Made by a program: the position numbers and the translations under genes. The notes beneath the pieces were generated by a model that was not told the DNA's origin, searched no databases, and saw nothing but the letters and a program-made list of their open reading frames with translations. 64,000 bases of DNA from Lama glama (taxonomy: Eukaryota), in contig CM052817.1 of NCBI GenBank assembly GCA_028534125.1, positions 2,730,001-2,794,000 of the forward strand, given 5' to 3'. Positions 48,521-62,859 of the stretch are shown in pieces (the first letter of the stretch is position 1; each line of letters starts with the position of its first letter).

Positions 48521-51500
48521 AAGAAGATCTGGCCGGCAGTGGATACCTGGCCAGATTTCCAAGAGAGCACAAGGGGCTCTGGAGGCACCAGCAGCTGCTG
48601 CGGGGTGATGCAGAAATGTCCATGCTTCCTCTTGGTGACAGGGTCACAGGTGCACGTAGCTTGGGCCTACATCACCACGGCAAGACATACTTGGCTTCAG
48701 TGGGAGAGGTTGGTGAAAATGAAGATTCCTTTTCAGCCAAATTTTCAGACACCCAGCTTAGGAACCTCTGGCTCAGAGGAGGGAGGCAGAGCTGGTTAGG
48801 GGGGTGGGAGGCTAGGGGAGTGAGGAGGGAGTGTGTCCGGTCCCCGAGGTCCCTGAGGTTCCTGAGGGCCCCAAGGTCCCTGGCATCCTTGAAGGACTGG
48901 GCACTGCCGAGGGGGTCTGAGCGTGGCCCTGCAGACTAGTGCTTTGGAGGAAGGGGCTCAGGTGGTGGACAGAGGGGGATCTGGGGGCCCAGAGAGGCAG
49001 TGGCTGTGAGTGTAGGGTTGAAGGTCTACAAGGGGACGGGCATTAGGAGGCTGTGGCTTCCCTTCTAAGAGGTCCTTTGACAAGGGGAAGAGGACATGCC
49101 CTTCTGCCCCCAAAACGGGAAATGCATTTTGCTTTGAAGACATGGAGAATTTCAGGTGTTTCCTTGGAATAACCCAGAATGTCAGGGGTTGGGGTCCCAA
49201 GGGCTGGGCCTCCATAAACCCTGGCCAGGGCTCGTAGTTTGTCCCTCCTCTAGGGAGGGCTCAGGCCTGAGGGGCAGAGGGAGTGCCACGGACCCAGGAC
49301 ATCCTGGGGGCAGCACAATCCGGAGAAGTCTCCTTGGGAGGGGTCCACAGTGTACCATGGATGCCCAGCCCTGCAGGCATCACTCTTCCTGCCCAGATTC
49401 TTCAAAAGCTCATTTATTCTAAGTCTTTTTTCTGGGTGGTGGGGAGGGAATGAGTCTTGAGAGGTCCCTGGGCTGGCCACTGCTGCAGACCAGAGCTCAC
49501 ACTGCCCTCTACAGTTTGTAAGTGACAACACCTGCTGCTTCTTGGGTCCTGCGGCCATCCAGGTGCTCTGCGTCCGTGATCTGATTGAATATTCACGGCC
49601 ATCCTGGGAGATGGGTATTACAATCCTTGAAGGAGGCTCTGGGGTCTGGAACCCAGTCCAGGCTCTTCCCTCGGGACCACACTGCTCCCAGCGATCACCT
49701 GATTTGACCTTTACAACCATCTTGCAAAGGGGGTATTTATTCCCCTTGTGCAGATAGGGAAACTGAGGCCCAAAGTGAAAGGACCCACCGTAGCATCCAT
49801 TCTCTTCTCTGAAACTGGGGTGCTGCCCCCTGCGGTCACCTTTGTTTTGGCCTGAAATGGGCAGGCCCTGCTCGCAGAGGCTGCAGGGAGCATAGCTGGC
49901 CTGAGGCCCAGAGTGCTCTGTTGGCTAAGGGAATTCATTTCCAGATGTCGGGGCAGCCGTTGGGGAGACGGTGGGAGCAGCGCTCCCTGCTGCTCCCGCT
50001 GGGTCCTGCCTCAGGGTCAGCAAACCCGGAGCCTTCAGGGGTTTCCCGCCTCTCCAGGAGCCCCTTCCCCAGGATCTGAGTCTTTCCCAGAGCCCTGCTG
50101 CTCCTGTGGGTGAGCGTTCCTGAAGGCCTGGGATGCTCCCAGCTGGTGCTTCGAGGAAGGTGGAGGTTCCTCCTACAGTCAGGGCGCACGGAGGGCGGGA
50201 GGCTTGTCTGTCAGTCTAGGCGTCCAGGTTTGCAGATCCCGCTGGCATGTTCAGGCACCATGGCGGGCCCTCTCTCCTGTAGCATCACAGTCCATTCAAC
50301 AGATGCTGGGAGGCCTGTTTTATCCGTAGAAAGTAATCATTCATTCATTTGTATTTACTCCCCGTTGCCCCTCAATACTTAAGGTGCTTTACAAACAAGA
50401 ACAAGATAAAAAGAAAGGAAGAGAAATCAAGTAAAGCAGAAAAGAGCGGTAGAGAAGGAATGCGAAGCCAGAGGTGGAGCAAGTGTACAAATTCTTGTCA
50501 TGAGATGTGATATTTTAGTGCATGCCTGTAAATCTGGCTCCAGGCTTCCTGGTAGCCAAGGCAAAGAGGGAAATGTGATGCCCAAGTGACAGAAACAAGC
50601 TATGACTTCAAAGCAGCCTAACTTCTCACTTCTAAGAGGAAGGAGGTGTCCTCCAGGGAGCCTCAGAAAGGATGCTGCCTGTGGGAAGTCCTGACAATCC
50701 CCCTACACAGCGGGTCCTGTGGCCTCCCAGGAATCACTCTCAGTGGGAACGAGGGCCAAGCCAGCCCAGGGATCCTGCCAGAAGCTCCATTCATTAGCAG
50801 GTGGGATGCGAACTGGGCCCTGGGGAGCAGGGGAGCTCTACACAGGTGCCCAGGTGGGCAGAACATCCTAGAAGCTAATTCAGGAGCAGAGGCGTGTGAC
50901 ACTGGAGTTGATGAGAACTGGCCTCACTCACCGGTGAGAATGCCTCCCCCACACCGGTCCCCCATGATGTGACACATTATACCGCAGGGGAGGAGCTCCT
51001 TGAGCCTTTGCTCAGTGCCTGGACTTGGGTCAGCCCGTGTGACTGGTGGCACACAACACAGCAGGGTAAGGAGGTTCCAGAAGAGGGGATAGGGCTGTGA
51101 GGACTGAGGGTCATCAGAGCCGTGTCAACGAGGGCCCCAGATGCTATGCTTTAGGATCCTCTCATAAAACAGCCCAGGGGCCCGAGGTGGTATCCCAGTA
51201 GCCCGGGGCCCGCAGGCCTGTGGGGCTGCCCAGCACGTCCAGGCGGGTGCGGGAGCGCGGGGCGTTGATTCCCTACCACCGGGCAGAGCAGCGGTGGGCG
51301 GAGGGCAGTGGTGCTCCCTGCAGACTCCGCCTCGTTTGTGAGCACAGGGGAAGCGCCCTCTGGGAAGCACCCCAACATTCTTGGGCAAAGAGGATACTTT
51401 CTGTGGGGCTCGGGGCTCTGCATGTGCAGGTGGGGGTTTTGCTAGAGAAAGTGACCTTGCTCCTGGTTGCAATCAGAGTGTGGTCACCATCTGGGTCATG

Positions 51501-53359
51501 CCAGATGCGACCCAGATGTCAGCCCCAAGAGGGACCGTGTCTCATTTTCCCCCGCACTGGGCGTCGGCCGGTGTTACTTACACTGACTGGAATGGAGCGG
51601 AGTCCGTCCAGGCGGGCCCTCAGCCGGACCACGTCTGCAGCCTCCCCGGGGCACTCGCATGCCATGTCTCCATCTCTGCACGGAGCTGGATGGACAGCTG
51701 GCCCTTGGTCCCCAGGTTGTGCCTTCCAAGCTCTGGGCGGGCTCTGCCCTTTGACCCAGCTTTGTCTAGGGCTTCTCGTTTGATGAGGTCATATCTTATG
51801 TCACTTCGGGGACTTCGAAGACCATCCCGGCCACACCTCGGCCTGCAGTAAGACTCATCAGCCCGTGCTAGTGGGTGACTCAGAGGGTGGGCCCCTGCTC
51901 AGGGTGGGTGGGACACACTGCCTTCAGCTCCTCCCCTCCGTCGGTCCTCACCACACTTGGAGGAACCGAGTCCTTTGAGAGGAGACTTCCCTCCCTACCC
52001 CTGGCCCCTGGCCTCGCAGGGGAGTGGGAGAGGTACAGGACAGCCCAGAGAGCACTCAGGGCTGGTTGGGGGCCCTGTGAAATAGGTGCTGTTGTGGTCC
52101 CCATTTTGCAGGCGAGGCGCCCAAGGCACGGAGAGGTGGAGTAACTTGCCCAAAGGCACACAGCCCGCACGAAACAGCAAGATTTGGACCCAGGCTATCT
52201 GGCTCCAGAGCACGTGCCCATGGCCAGTCCACACACTGTCTCAGGCCAGCTACACTGGGGCAGCGTGCACAGGGGAGGCTGGGACAGAGGGAAGCCTGGG
52301 GGCTGGGCGGGGGGCCAGGGGAAGGAGGGCCTTCCCCGAGTGGGCTCTGAATGCTGGGGAGGGGTCTGCTGGATACAGCAGGAAGACGGGGAGCCCAAGG
52401 AGAGGGCGCAGGGATGCCAAGGGGGCCAGCTGGGCTGAGGAAGGCAGGCCTTCTCTCCAGGGCGGTGGGGACCCCGGAGGAGGTCAGGCTGCAGCACATT
52501 CTGCTCTGGCTGCGTGAAGGCCTGGGCTGGCGGTGTGCACCGGCAGGCGGTGTGCAGAATGTGGGAGACCCAGCGAGTGTCCTGCAGGGGTGCAGGTGGA
52601 AGGCGACATCTTGGCCCCGAGCTGTTGGCAGGTAAGGGGGCAGAAAGCCCGGCTCCAACTGGCTTCAGCGAAAGGGGGCTCATCAGCGTGCCTGGTAGGT
52701 CCAGGCTGCGCTGCCTGATCCAGGAAGCCCCAGCGTCCTCCGGCCTGTCTGGGCCGTGCTCCTCATGGTGCTGGTTTCGTTCTTGGGCTCTTGGGATTGC
52801 GTGACGGCTGTCTGCAGCGCCAGACCCACGTCCTCTAAGGGGCCCAGCAAAAGTCTAAGTGTATCTTATCGGCTCTGATGGCTCTCACGTCCACCCCCGA
52901 CCCAGTCACAAAGGCAGCGGGGCCGGGAGCTCCCTGCAGGCCAGCTCTGGTCGCCTCCTGCTGGGCTCGGCATTTTTCAGCCGAGGGCAGTCCCAGGTGC
53001 CAGGAAGGAATGTCTCGGAGACTGAGCTGAAAGAAGCTGCCCTGTGGCTGAGACCAGTAGGGCTGGGCCTTCCCTTCCCAGGCCCCCTGGCGAGGCCAGC
53101 CAGCTCTGCCCGCGCATCCTGGTGAAGGCAGTCCTTCCCTTGGCTAGACTGTTCCTCCTTCAGCTGAGCTAAATGCTGCTCCTGTAACTCCCACCTTTGG
53201 ACTTGCTAGACCCCAGGAGGCTGTGTTGTCTACAAAAGAAGGCTGCAGACGTCAGAGGCTGGCCCTCACATGTTTTTTCTGCATGTGACTTGGGTCTCGG
53301 TTTTCTGTCTGTCTGGAGAATGAGAAGGAAACTTCCTCCTGGGATTCCTAAGGACCAAA

Positions 53360-53865
53360 GGGGGCGGTAGGGAGATTTGTAAGACGGCTCCCAAGATTCC
53401 TGCCCCCTGGTGTACAGTCGCTTCGTAATTCCCTTCCCTGGGAATTTTGGTGGGCCTGACCTAATCAGGCAAGCCCTTAAGAGGGACTGGGCCCTTCCTG
53501 AAGTCAGAGGCTCAAAGTGTCCAGATATTGGAAGTGTGAGGGACTCGTGGAGGGGACCACAAGGTAAGTACCTGGGGGTGGCCTCTAGGAGCTGAGAACC
53601 CCCCAGCTGATAGCCCACAAGATAACGGGGACCTCAGTCCTACAAACACAAGGAAATTATTTCTGCCAACAACCTGAAGGACCTGGAGACATCTCCCCGA
53701 CTGAGCCACCAGTCAGGGATGTGGCCAGCGGCCATGTGAGACCCTGAGCGAGGACCAGCTAAAACGTGCGGCTCTTGCCCCACGGAGACCAGGAGATGAT
53801 GAACAGGCACTGTTTCAAGCCACTAGGTTTGTGGGGATTTGTTCTGCTGCACAGAAAATGAATAC
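53360..53865 (+). mobile_element. MaLR LTR (MLT1D/E-like)
   Basis: gtgggcctgacctaatcagg, ttctgccaacaacctga and tttcaagccactaggtttgtggggatttgtt motifs. Confidence 0.75.
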
Positions 53866-55811
53866 AGGAGGGGAGGGCTGAATATGCACGTGGCTGACAT
53901 AGAGCGGGCAGAGGGAGCAAGTCGGGGAAGCAGCTGGAGGGGTCGGGGGACAATGGCCTGGACAAGGAGGTGCCCCACTGCACCTTGGGGCCGAGTCCCA
54001 GCCCTGGGAGACAGCCACTCTTCAGTCCCGCCTGCCCGCCCAGCTTTGCCCTTTCTTGGAGAGTTTCTTTAAGTTTCAGGAAAAACACCAGTTAACCCAT
54101 CTCCTGAGAGCAGAACACAGAGCTGGGAGACGGTAAGTGGCCTTCCCAAGGCCCCGAAGCCATTAGGTGATGGATCCGGGATTAGAAAATAGTTGGGTCT
54201 GACCCCAAAGCTCATGCTCTTTCCCTAGCACCGTGCTTCTGTTCCACATCCATTTTATAAAAGGAAAAACTGAGACCCAGGAGGGAGGTGGGTTGCTGAG
54301 ATGCCAGGCCTGCTGACAACGAAAGGGCACACGGACTCAGCCTCTACTGTGTGTCGGCAGACACCACTGGTGTCTAATCCTCGCCACATCCTCCGAAGGA
54401 GGATGCCCTCCCAGTTGACATGCCCATTTCACAGATGAAGGCAGCAGGGCATAGAGAGGTTCAGTAACTTGCCCAAGGTCACACAGCGAGCAGGAAGCTC
54501 CAGAATGGGGATTGGAACCCAGGCATCATGCTTCTCCTACAAAAGCTGGTTTGGACCAGCTGACACTGAGGCTTAGGGAGGGAAATCTGACACAAGATAG
54601 GAAGGGCAGACGTCTTAAAGGGGCCTCAGCTGATTGAAATGATGAAATCAGGGCCTCCAGGCCAGGAGGGCTTGGTCCTCTTCCCGTCTTTTAAGATAAC
54701 AGTCCTCAACTGTGACTGTCTGCAGCCCAAGCCCTTCTTGGAAAACACCCCACCCCACCCACCCCTGCCCTGACAGGACTGGGACGTGGACCTCCCTCTG
54801 GACCAGGGCGGCCTCTGCATCCTGGGAGGGTATGTCCTGTCCATCCCGGCCGGCAAGGCAGCCCTCCCAGACTGCCCGCTCACCCCCCGCTGATGGTGCT
54901 GCTGTCCTGGGGGCTGTTCTGTGGGCCCTTCTGAGGAGCTGCCAGCCTTTCAGCCCCCCGGCCCTTCTCCATCCTCGCCAGAGCTGGGGGCAAGTCGATG
55001 CCCAGAAAGTCATTCTGGCCACCCAGGGGGTCAGGAATGGTTAGGCTTGGTGGGAGTGATGGATGGGGACCTGACACCCCTCTCCCCTCGCTCCCAGGGC
55101 CAAGCATCTCATCAGGACCACTGAGCTGTGTCCACACAGTCCCAGCCACCTGCCAGACTGAAGCCGAGCCAGGTAGAAGGCCGCCTGCCGGCCCTCGGGG
55201 GTGCCCCTCCCTGCTTTAGTGCTGCTAATGGGACACAAGTACTCCTGGGCCACCCCCGCAGTGGTCCTAATGTCAAGTCCACCCTCACCTGCCCTGTGCC
55301 CAGGCGGGGTTTTACCCTCGCTGGGGGGAATCTCCTACCACCCCCATGTTACAGGCTCAGAGAGGTGGTGACTGTCCAAGGTCACACAGCTGGGGCACGG
55401 CAGACCCTGGTGCTGACCAGCAGGCCACACGCTGGGCCCTGGTTTGGGGAGTGGCCTGTCGGAGGCTGAGGTCACACAGTCACAAAGATGAGACGCTCCC
55501 GGGGAGAGGGAGCCCCACAAGAGGCTGCGGCCCCACCGAGCACCCTCCTGATGGGCTGGCACTCCTTCAGGGAGGGGAGCCCCTCTCACGCCCCCGCTGG
55601 GGCAGCCCGCACTCCTAGGACTGGCCGGCCTTCACAGCCCCCGCCCTCCTGCGGGGCTGGGCTCCCCCGCGGCTCCCTTGGCCCCTCGGCCTGGACCCAG
55701 GGCAGACCCCCTGCCCCCACCCCGTGCCAGTATAAGTTCTGGAGCCTTTTTTGGTGCCTTTCTAGAAACATTCCCATTTTTTCCAGTCAACTGGAGCTTG
55801 GTTTCTTGTCC

Positions 55812-55985
55812 TTTTTTTTTTTTTTTTTAACATTTTTTATTGATTTATAATCATTTTACAGTGTTGTGTCAAATTCCAGTGTTCAGCACAATTTTTCAGT
55901 CATTCATGGACATATACACACTCATTGTCACATTTTTTTCTCTGTGATTTATCATAACATTTTGTGTATATTTCCCTGTGCTATA
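55812..55985 (-). mobile_element. Short 5'-truncated, relatively young L1 3' end with poly(A) tail and 20-bp TSD
   Basis: T-run followed by aacattttttattgatttataatc. Flanked by gagcttggtttcttgtcctt (55794-55813) and gagcctggtttcctgtcctt (55986-56005). Confidence 0.85.
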
Positions 55986-57489
55986 GAGCCTGGTTTCCTG
56001 TCCTTGATCAAGAAATCTCAGGTGGGTCTGAACCCAGTGCCTTTCAAGGGTGAGCCCTGATTGGCTGAGCTCATCAGCCTATCCTGCCCCCTCCCCCGTG
56101 ATTGGTTCAGGGGTGGGTCCTTTAACCAATGAGAGCCAATCCACATAAGAAGCTTCACTGGTACTGTCAGGAAGAAATGTTTCCTTGTGCCCAGACAGAC
56201 TCTTCCCTCAGTGTGGGAACCAGCAAAAGTGTGACTGGCAGCATCTGGTGACCTTGAGGGGAGAGTCTGCCTTGTAATGCAGCCACCTGAGAAGTGGAAC
56301 TAAGAAAAGTAGAGAAAGCAAGCTGGTCTCAAGCTGGATCATGCCATGCCTGAAGCTGTTGTTTCTAAGCTGTCAGTCGATTGAACCAGTAAATCCTCCA
56401 TAACGCTGAAGTCAGCTTGTTTTGCATTTCCTGTGGTTACCTTCCACTGAGATTGTTGTACAGGCTCTGTGCCCAGGCAGACTTTGACAATAAACACAGA
56501 TTCACAAGGAGAATTCAGCCAGCTGGTGGGAGTTATGCACCTACCATTTACAGAGTGCCTACCGTGTGCTGGGCGCTTTTAATGCCACCACGACAAGTTT
56601 CCCTTTTTGCAGGTGAGACCCAGAGATCACCAAGACTCTCCTAAGGCTAGGACTTGAACTCGGATCTGTGTGACTACAGAGCCTGTGCCCCCAGGCAGTC
56701 CCTCCCCAGGTGCTGTGTGTCTGCTGGAGCCAGAGCCTGGCCACACTGGACATCCAGCACCTGTGTGGACCCCACCCTGCCCAGCCAGCCTGGCGAGCCC
56801 ACTGGCACTCCCTGGGCGGCACATGTCAGGGGAGCATCTGGTTGTCTCTGGCATCCCTGCGGGAGGCCTGGGCGTGGCCGATGCTGGTGCTCTGGGAGGA
56901 AGCATGTAGTACAACCGTGGGCCAGCTCCACGACGCAGCTGGCTCCAAACCCAGTGCTTAGGTTCTGCCACGTCCTGCTGTGTGACTGTGTTGGTGTCCT
57001 GTCTCCTCTCTGACCCTCGGTCTCCTCTTCCTTAAAATGGGCACACTGGGCTCTTGCTCTCTTGTTCACTACATCTCTCTCAGCTGCTGCCAGGTGACCA
57101 GCTGACCGGGTGGTACAGAACCAGGACCCCTGCCCCCTCCACCTCTCAGCCTGAATCCACGTTCTCCAAGCCCCTTAGAACTAGAAGCACCCCACACCTC
57201 CCACCCCTGTGGACAATGATCTCTAGCTGAAGCCCATGACCCTCCACCTATCTGTCATCTCTGACTTTCATCCACCCCCCCTGGCCCCACCCTGCCCCCG
57301 CCCTTCCTCCGGAGCCCTGATGTCAGTCCCCACCCCACCGCGTGACTCTGCGTGGACAGCACATCCGGTGTCCTGTTCCCAGGACTCCTCACGGCAGGGA
57401 CTCCACAGTCCAGTTCCTGTATCACCAGCAACTGCTCCACCTTTGAAATCTGTTTCTAACAACCCCCCTTGGTTTTGAAAAATACAGCC

Positions 57490-58930
57490 TCTCTTTTGGG
57501 GTATAACTCACATGCCATACAATTCACCCTGTTCGGAGTACAATTCAGTGGGTTTTTTTTTAAGTATATTCAGATATGTACAACCCTTTACAATTCATTT
57601 TAGGACATTTTCATCACCCTAAAAAGAACCCCTGTACCCATTAGTTCTCACCATTCTTCCTTCGCTCAGCCCCTGGCAAGCACCAATCTATTTCCTGTCT
57701 CTATGGATTTGCCTGTTCTGGACATCGCATACAAATGGAACCATACAGCTCGTGGCCCTTCTGTGTGGCTTCCTTCACATAGCATATCGTTTTCAAGTTT
57801 CATCCACGTTTTGGTATGTATCAGTGCTTCGTTTCTTTTTACGGCTAAGTAACATGGGCCACATGTTATTTATCTTTTGATAATCCATTGCCATCCATTA
57901 ATGGTTGTTTCCATTTTGGGGTTAATATGAATCTCCTATCTGTGAATATTCATGTACACGTTTTGCGTGCACCCACGTTTACTTGGGTACAGCCCTGGGA
58001 GTTGAATTGCCGCGTCACATGGGAATTCTATGTGTAACTATCTGAGAAACCGCCAGCCAGTTTTCCAAAGTGAGCGAGCCATTTCACACTCCCTGCAGCA
58101 GGCGGGAGGCTCCGATCTCTCCACTTCCTTGTTATTTTGGTATTTGTTAAAATACCTGTTATTTTCTGTCTTTCAAAAATTTAGCGTAGTTGTTCCATTA
58201 GACACAGGGTGGTTTCCCTCTTGTTTGCTTTTGCACTGCCCTGAGGTTGAGCGTATTTCCACGTGCTTCTTGGCCATTTGAATATTTGCTTTGGAGAAAT
58301 GTCTGTTCAGATCCTTTGCCTGTGGTAAAATTGGGTTCTACGCCCTTTTTTGTTATTGAGTTGTGGGAGTTCTTTGTGCATTCTGGATAAAATCCCCCTT
58401 GTCAAATACACGATTTGCCAACATTTCCTCCAGCTCTGTGAGCGGCCTTCCCCCGGCATCCTCGGAGGCGCAAACGGGTAAGTTCGATGGGGCCCACCTG
58501 GTCCATTTGTCCGTCTGTTGCTTGTGCTTTTGGTGACACATCTAAGAAATCTTTGCCTCCCCCAGGTCACAGTGGTTGAGTCCTGTGTTTTCTTCTAAGA
58601 GTTTCACAGCTTCGGCTCTTACCTTCAGGTCTGCCATCCATTCCGCACTGGACTTTGTATCTGGCGCTAAGTGGGGCTCCGGCTTCCTTCATTTCCACGT
58701 GGAACGAGTGCTCCCAACAGCGTCTGTCTAAAAGCCTGTTCTCTGCCCACGGAGCGCTCTTGGCGTCCGCTCGCCTCGCCGTCGCCCGCGCCGCTCACGT
58801 GCCGCTCGACTGCGGTTCTGAGTCCCTGGCCGCGGGAGCTGACGGGCCCACCTGCCGCGCTCCCTGCTGCCGGTCGTCAGGGGCCCTCCTCCGCCTTCCC
58901 GGGCCGGCTCAGACCTTAGGGTCCGCTCCT
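57490..58930 (-). mobile_element. Old L1M 3' region
   Basis: Typical antisense L1M text: tataactcacatgccatacaattcacc, ctatggatttgcctgttctggacat, ttggagaaatgtctgttcagatcctttgcc. Confidence 0.85.
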
Positions 58931-61594
58931 CAGGGTGCCCTGGCCACTCCCTCTCTCTCCTCCTCTCTCTCCCCCTCTCCATCTCTCTCTCTCTCTCCAG
59001 ACGGACTTCCTGGCAGCTTCGAAGGGGGCTGCGCTGGCTCCTCGGGCCCCCCACACCCCGCCCCCCTGCTCACCTGCCCTGCCGCCCCTCCCCTCACCCC
59101 TGCCGGGCCCCTCTCTCCCGGCACACATCCCTCAGGGACGCCGTGTGCTCCGGTGTTTTTCTAACGTCTTATTTTGAGATAATTATAGACTTGGACAAAA
59201 GGTGCAGACTAGCCCAAGGAATGCCGTCTGCCTGCTCCCGACTCCCCAGTGTGGACATTTTATTGCACCGGTCTTATCTCTGTCTCTCTGACTCCCTGTT
59301 TCTGTCTCCCTGTCTCTGTCTCTCTCTGCCTCTCTGTCTCTCTCTCCCACACAGACATTTCCTTCTGGACTTGAGGCCGAATTGCAGACACGATTCCTCT
59401 TCACCCTTGAGTTCCTCAGCATCGTGTCCTAAGAACGGGACCCTCTCCATACCCACAGCACGGGGACCGGAGTCAGACTCACGTCCAGTCCTGGGAGAAC
59501 TGACCTAAGGCGGGGTGAGGAGAGAGGGCAGACGTGCTGAGGGACCATCCTAAGGTCAGGCTGGGAACTCAGCCCAGGAGGGGCAGAGCCGACGTTTGAA
59601 ACCAGGAAAAATCCACAACCTTTCCGTGCCTTGGGGACACTGGCTCATTAGGGACTCTGCCCTCAAAGCTTACGGCTTAAGGGGGTGGGACAGAGGTGCT
59701 GATCCTCCACTGGGACCCAGGACAGGGCTGTGCAGGCAGCCTCTTCTCTGGGGCCACCGTCCCCCCGCAGGCTCGCATCACTGTCTGCCGTCCGTCTGCG
59801 GACGAGTAGGGACTGTGCCCCACAGCCCCACGCACACCTGCGTTCCCTCCGGGCGGTGCTCTGCCCGTGGGCTGCCAGATGGCTGTTAGCTGTAAATGTG
59901 TCTGGCAGGGGAGCTGCGGTGCAGAGAGATGGAGCCAGTGGTGGGCTGGCTGCCTCCTAGGACAGAGTGCCCACGGCCGGGACCCTGCTGCCTGCAGCTG
60001 GATGCAGGTCCTGCCTCCCAGGTCCAGCCAGAGGTGTCATGGACCACCCCACCGGCTGGTGCTCAGCATACCCTGAACGTTCCACCCCCAGAAGAGCCTG
60101 AAGGTGGGTCTCTGTGGTCAGGGTGCGGGCAGGGGCCACGCGGGGAAAGGTGGGGATGGAGAGGCGGGCTCAGGCCAAAGATTCCAAGTGTGACGGGGCT
60201 GCTGGGGAGCTGGAGGGTGAGCTGACACGTGTCCTGGAAGGACGGCGGTGGCCGCTGTGTGAGCAGAGGGGTGAGGCAGGGCTGGGAGAGGATGACGTCC
60301 ACCAGGCTGTGTCCCCGCGGTGCCCAGCATTGGGCTCGGCACTTTTGTGGCACTTGGAGCTGCAGACATGATGCCCCTTCAGCCTAAGGTCTCAGTGTGA
60401 TGTGTTCCACGCCAGCCCCGCCAGGCAAGGTGCAGGAGGTGACGGATGAACGAGTGAGCCCACGGCTGCTCCCTTCCAGGCCGAGGCGGGGCCCCTGTAA
60501 ATTCCCTGCTGTGTGGATGGGGAGCTTCAGCCCTGAGGCCCGCGGTTCCCGGCCCGCCCTCGGCCGACTCTGGTCACCCCCACCCAACCTCCCTGACTTT
60601 GTGCAGATGCAGCAGTTTGGCTCCTGCTCTGGCCCAGGCGTCCTGGGTGACCTCACCCCCGAGGCATGCCCCCTGCCCGCTCCCCTTCCCTCTTCCTGCA
60701 GGCCGGGGCTGGCGCCCCAGCGTGCGGGCAGGGCTCCGTGGCCTCCCCAGGGCGCAGCCCAGGCCCTCGGCACTCCATCTCCAGGGGCTCCCCCAGCCCC
60801 CAGGTCCCCATTTCCCAGCCTCCCTGGGGTGACATGTCTGTCTGGAGATGGATGGTGGTGATGATTATGAATGTGCTTAATGCCAAGACCTGTACACCTA
60901 AAAATGATACAAAAGATAAATTTTACGTTGTATATATTTTACCAGAATTTAAAAAATTCAAACCTTTACCGGCAATGAGGGCCTCCTGCTCTGAGCAGAG
61001 TCACCCTCCTGTTCCGTCGCCTCCACACTGCCCCCAGTGCCCCCTCCAGGCCTGTTTCCCCGCTGCTGTCCCTCCACATGGAGCGCCCGTGTCATCGGAG
61101 CGCAGTCTGTGTCCTGACCCTGTGCTGGGTGCCTCGGGGGGCCCCGGGCAGGTGGACCGACAGGGACAGGTTTCTCTAGCGGGAGGAGTGCTACTCACGA
61201 CAGGAACTTATCCCCGAGAAGATAAGCACTAAGTCTTTGCACGGGCGTCCAGCTGCGATGCTCCCACAGGGCAGCTGATGGCGCTGAAAGCCGGGTCCGG
61301 CTTCAGGCCACCGGGCGGGCGGATAGAGGCAGCAGCGGCGTGGGGCCCGGGCGGTGGGGTGCGGGCGCCTACTCAGTCCACGTGGAAAGTGTCACCGTGC
61401 CTCCGGTGACAAAGGAGGTCACGCCCAGAGGGGCCCTATGATGCCATTTTTGTAAACATTATGCCTGTACATCTTTCTCTCAGAATCTGGAGGGAAGTTC
61501 TCCAGCACTCACAGCGGGGGGCGGGGGCTCTGGGTGATCTTTCCTTTCATCGACTGGGCGGAGGGCAGAACTTTGAGCAGCAGTTTCAGAGCGA

Positions 61595-61755
61595 CGTGCG
61601 TGTGTGCCCATGTGCATGTCGTGCATGTGTGTATGCATGCGCAGGGTGTGCGCACGCATGCGTGTGTTTATGGGGGTGTGTGTTGCTTTGGGTGTGCGGG
61701 TGCATGTTCGTGTGTGTGCAGTGCATGCATGCATATGTGTGAAGTGTGTGTGTGA
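61595..61755. repeat. Degenerate (TG)n/(TGCA)n alternating purine-pyrimidine repeat
   Basis: gtgcgtgtgtgcccatgtgcatgtcgtgcatgtgtgtatgcatgc... Confidence 0.85.
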
Positions 61756-62859
61756 CCCTCCGCTTGGGTGTGTCCATGTCTGCACTGTGGCCACTGTGCC
61801 CCCAGCAGACAGTCTTGGTCCCCGAGGGCCGTTCCCGGGCCAGGATGACAGTTCTTCCCAGATTTCCAGTCCTGGGGCCCTTTCCGCGGAGGAGGGGGGT
61901 GGACTGGGGGGGCCCCTGGCCTCCCGCTGAGCCGGGGCAGAGGCGGGGCTGCTGAGAGCACAGTGCCGACCTCAGCGGCTGCAGGGGGGCCAGGCTCCCA
62001 GGACGAAAACTTGCTTTTCCCTTTGTCACCAGACTAGAGCAGTAGAGCCAGGCAGGTCTCAGAAAACACCCGCCTCTGTCATACTGGTGGGGAGACTGAG
62101 GCCCAGGGAGGGCATGAAATGTGCCCACATCGGGTGAGTGAGTAGCACCATGGGGACACAGCCTCACGGCTCAGAGCATCGCAGCCCCTGTCCCCACCCC
62201 TCGACCACTACCCGAAGGAGTCCGTCCTGGGCTGGCAGAACAGGAACAGAGTAGACGTGAATCCTGCCCTCGAGGAGATAAGTCTAGGAGCATTTATTGA
62301 GCACCACTGCATACATCCAGGACAGGCAAAGGGACTGGTTTCCAGTCTGTATCAGCCAGAGTCTGTGTTGGAAAGTGTCCTTGAGACCATGGGGTCCGTC
62401 CAAGTCACAGACTGGCCACTTACCAGCCGTCGGCCTCGAGCAACGACCCAGCTGTCTGAGACTCTGTTTCCTCACCTGTGAAGGGCGAAGATGCTGACCT
62501 CACGCAGGGGGACCAAGAGTGACCAGCGAGGCTGCCCGGACGGTGCTCAATTAATAGCACTTACAGCCTCCCGCTGGCTGCTCCTTCACATCCCGTGTCA
62601 CCCTAGCACATCCCTTTCTTCCCAGGCCACAGCACACAGGACCCCCTGGCCCATCCCTGCAGGCTCAGGAAATGCCTGTGTGATGATGTCACCTGGACAC
62701 ACTGACAGTCACTTACTCAGGCAGCGTCCAGCCTGCTGCCACGGGCGGGGGGGTGGGAGAGGGACGGCACGACTGCACACCGGGAGGCTCTGGGCCCCCC
62801 GGCACCCATCCTCCCAACCGTCTATTTCTCTTCGGTTGGTATTCTTTGTTGTTGCTGGA

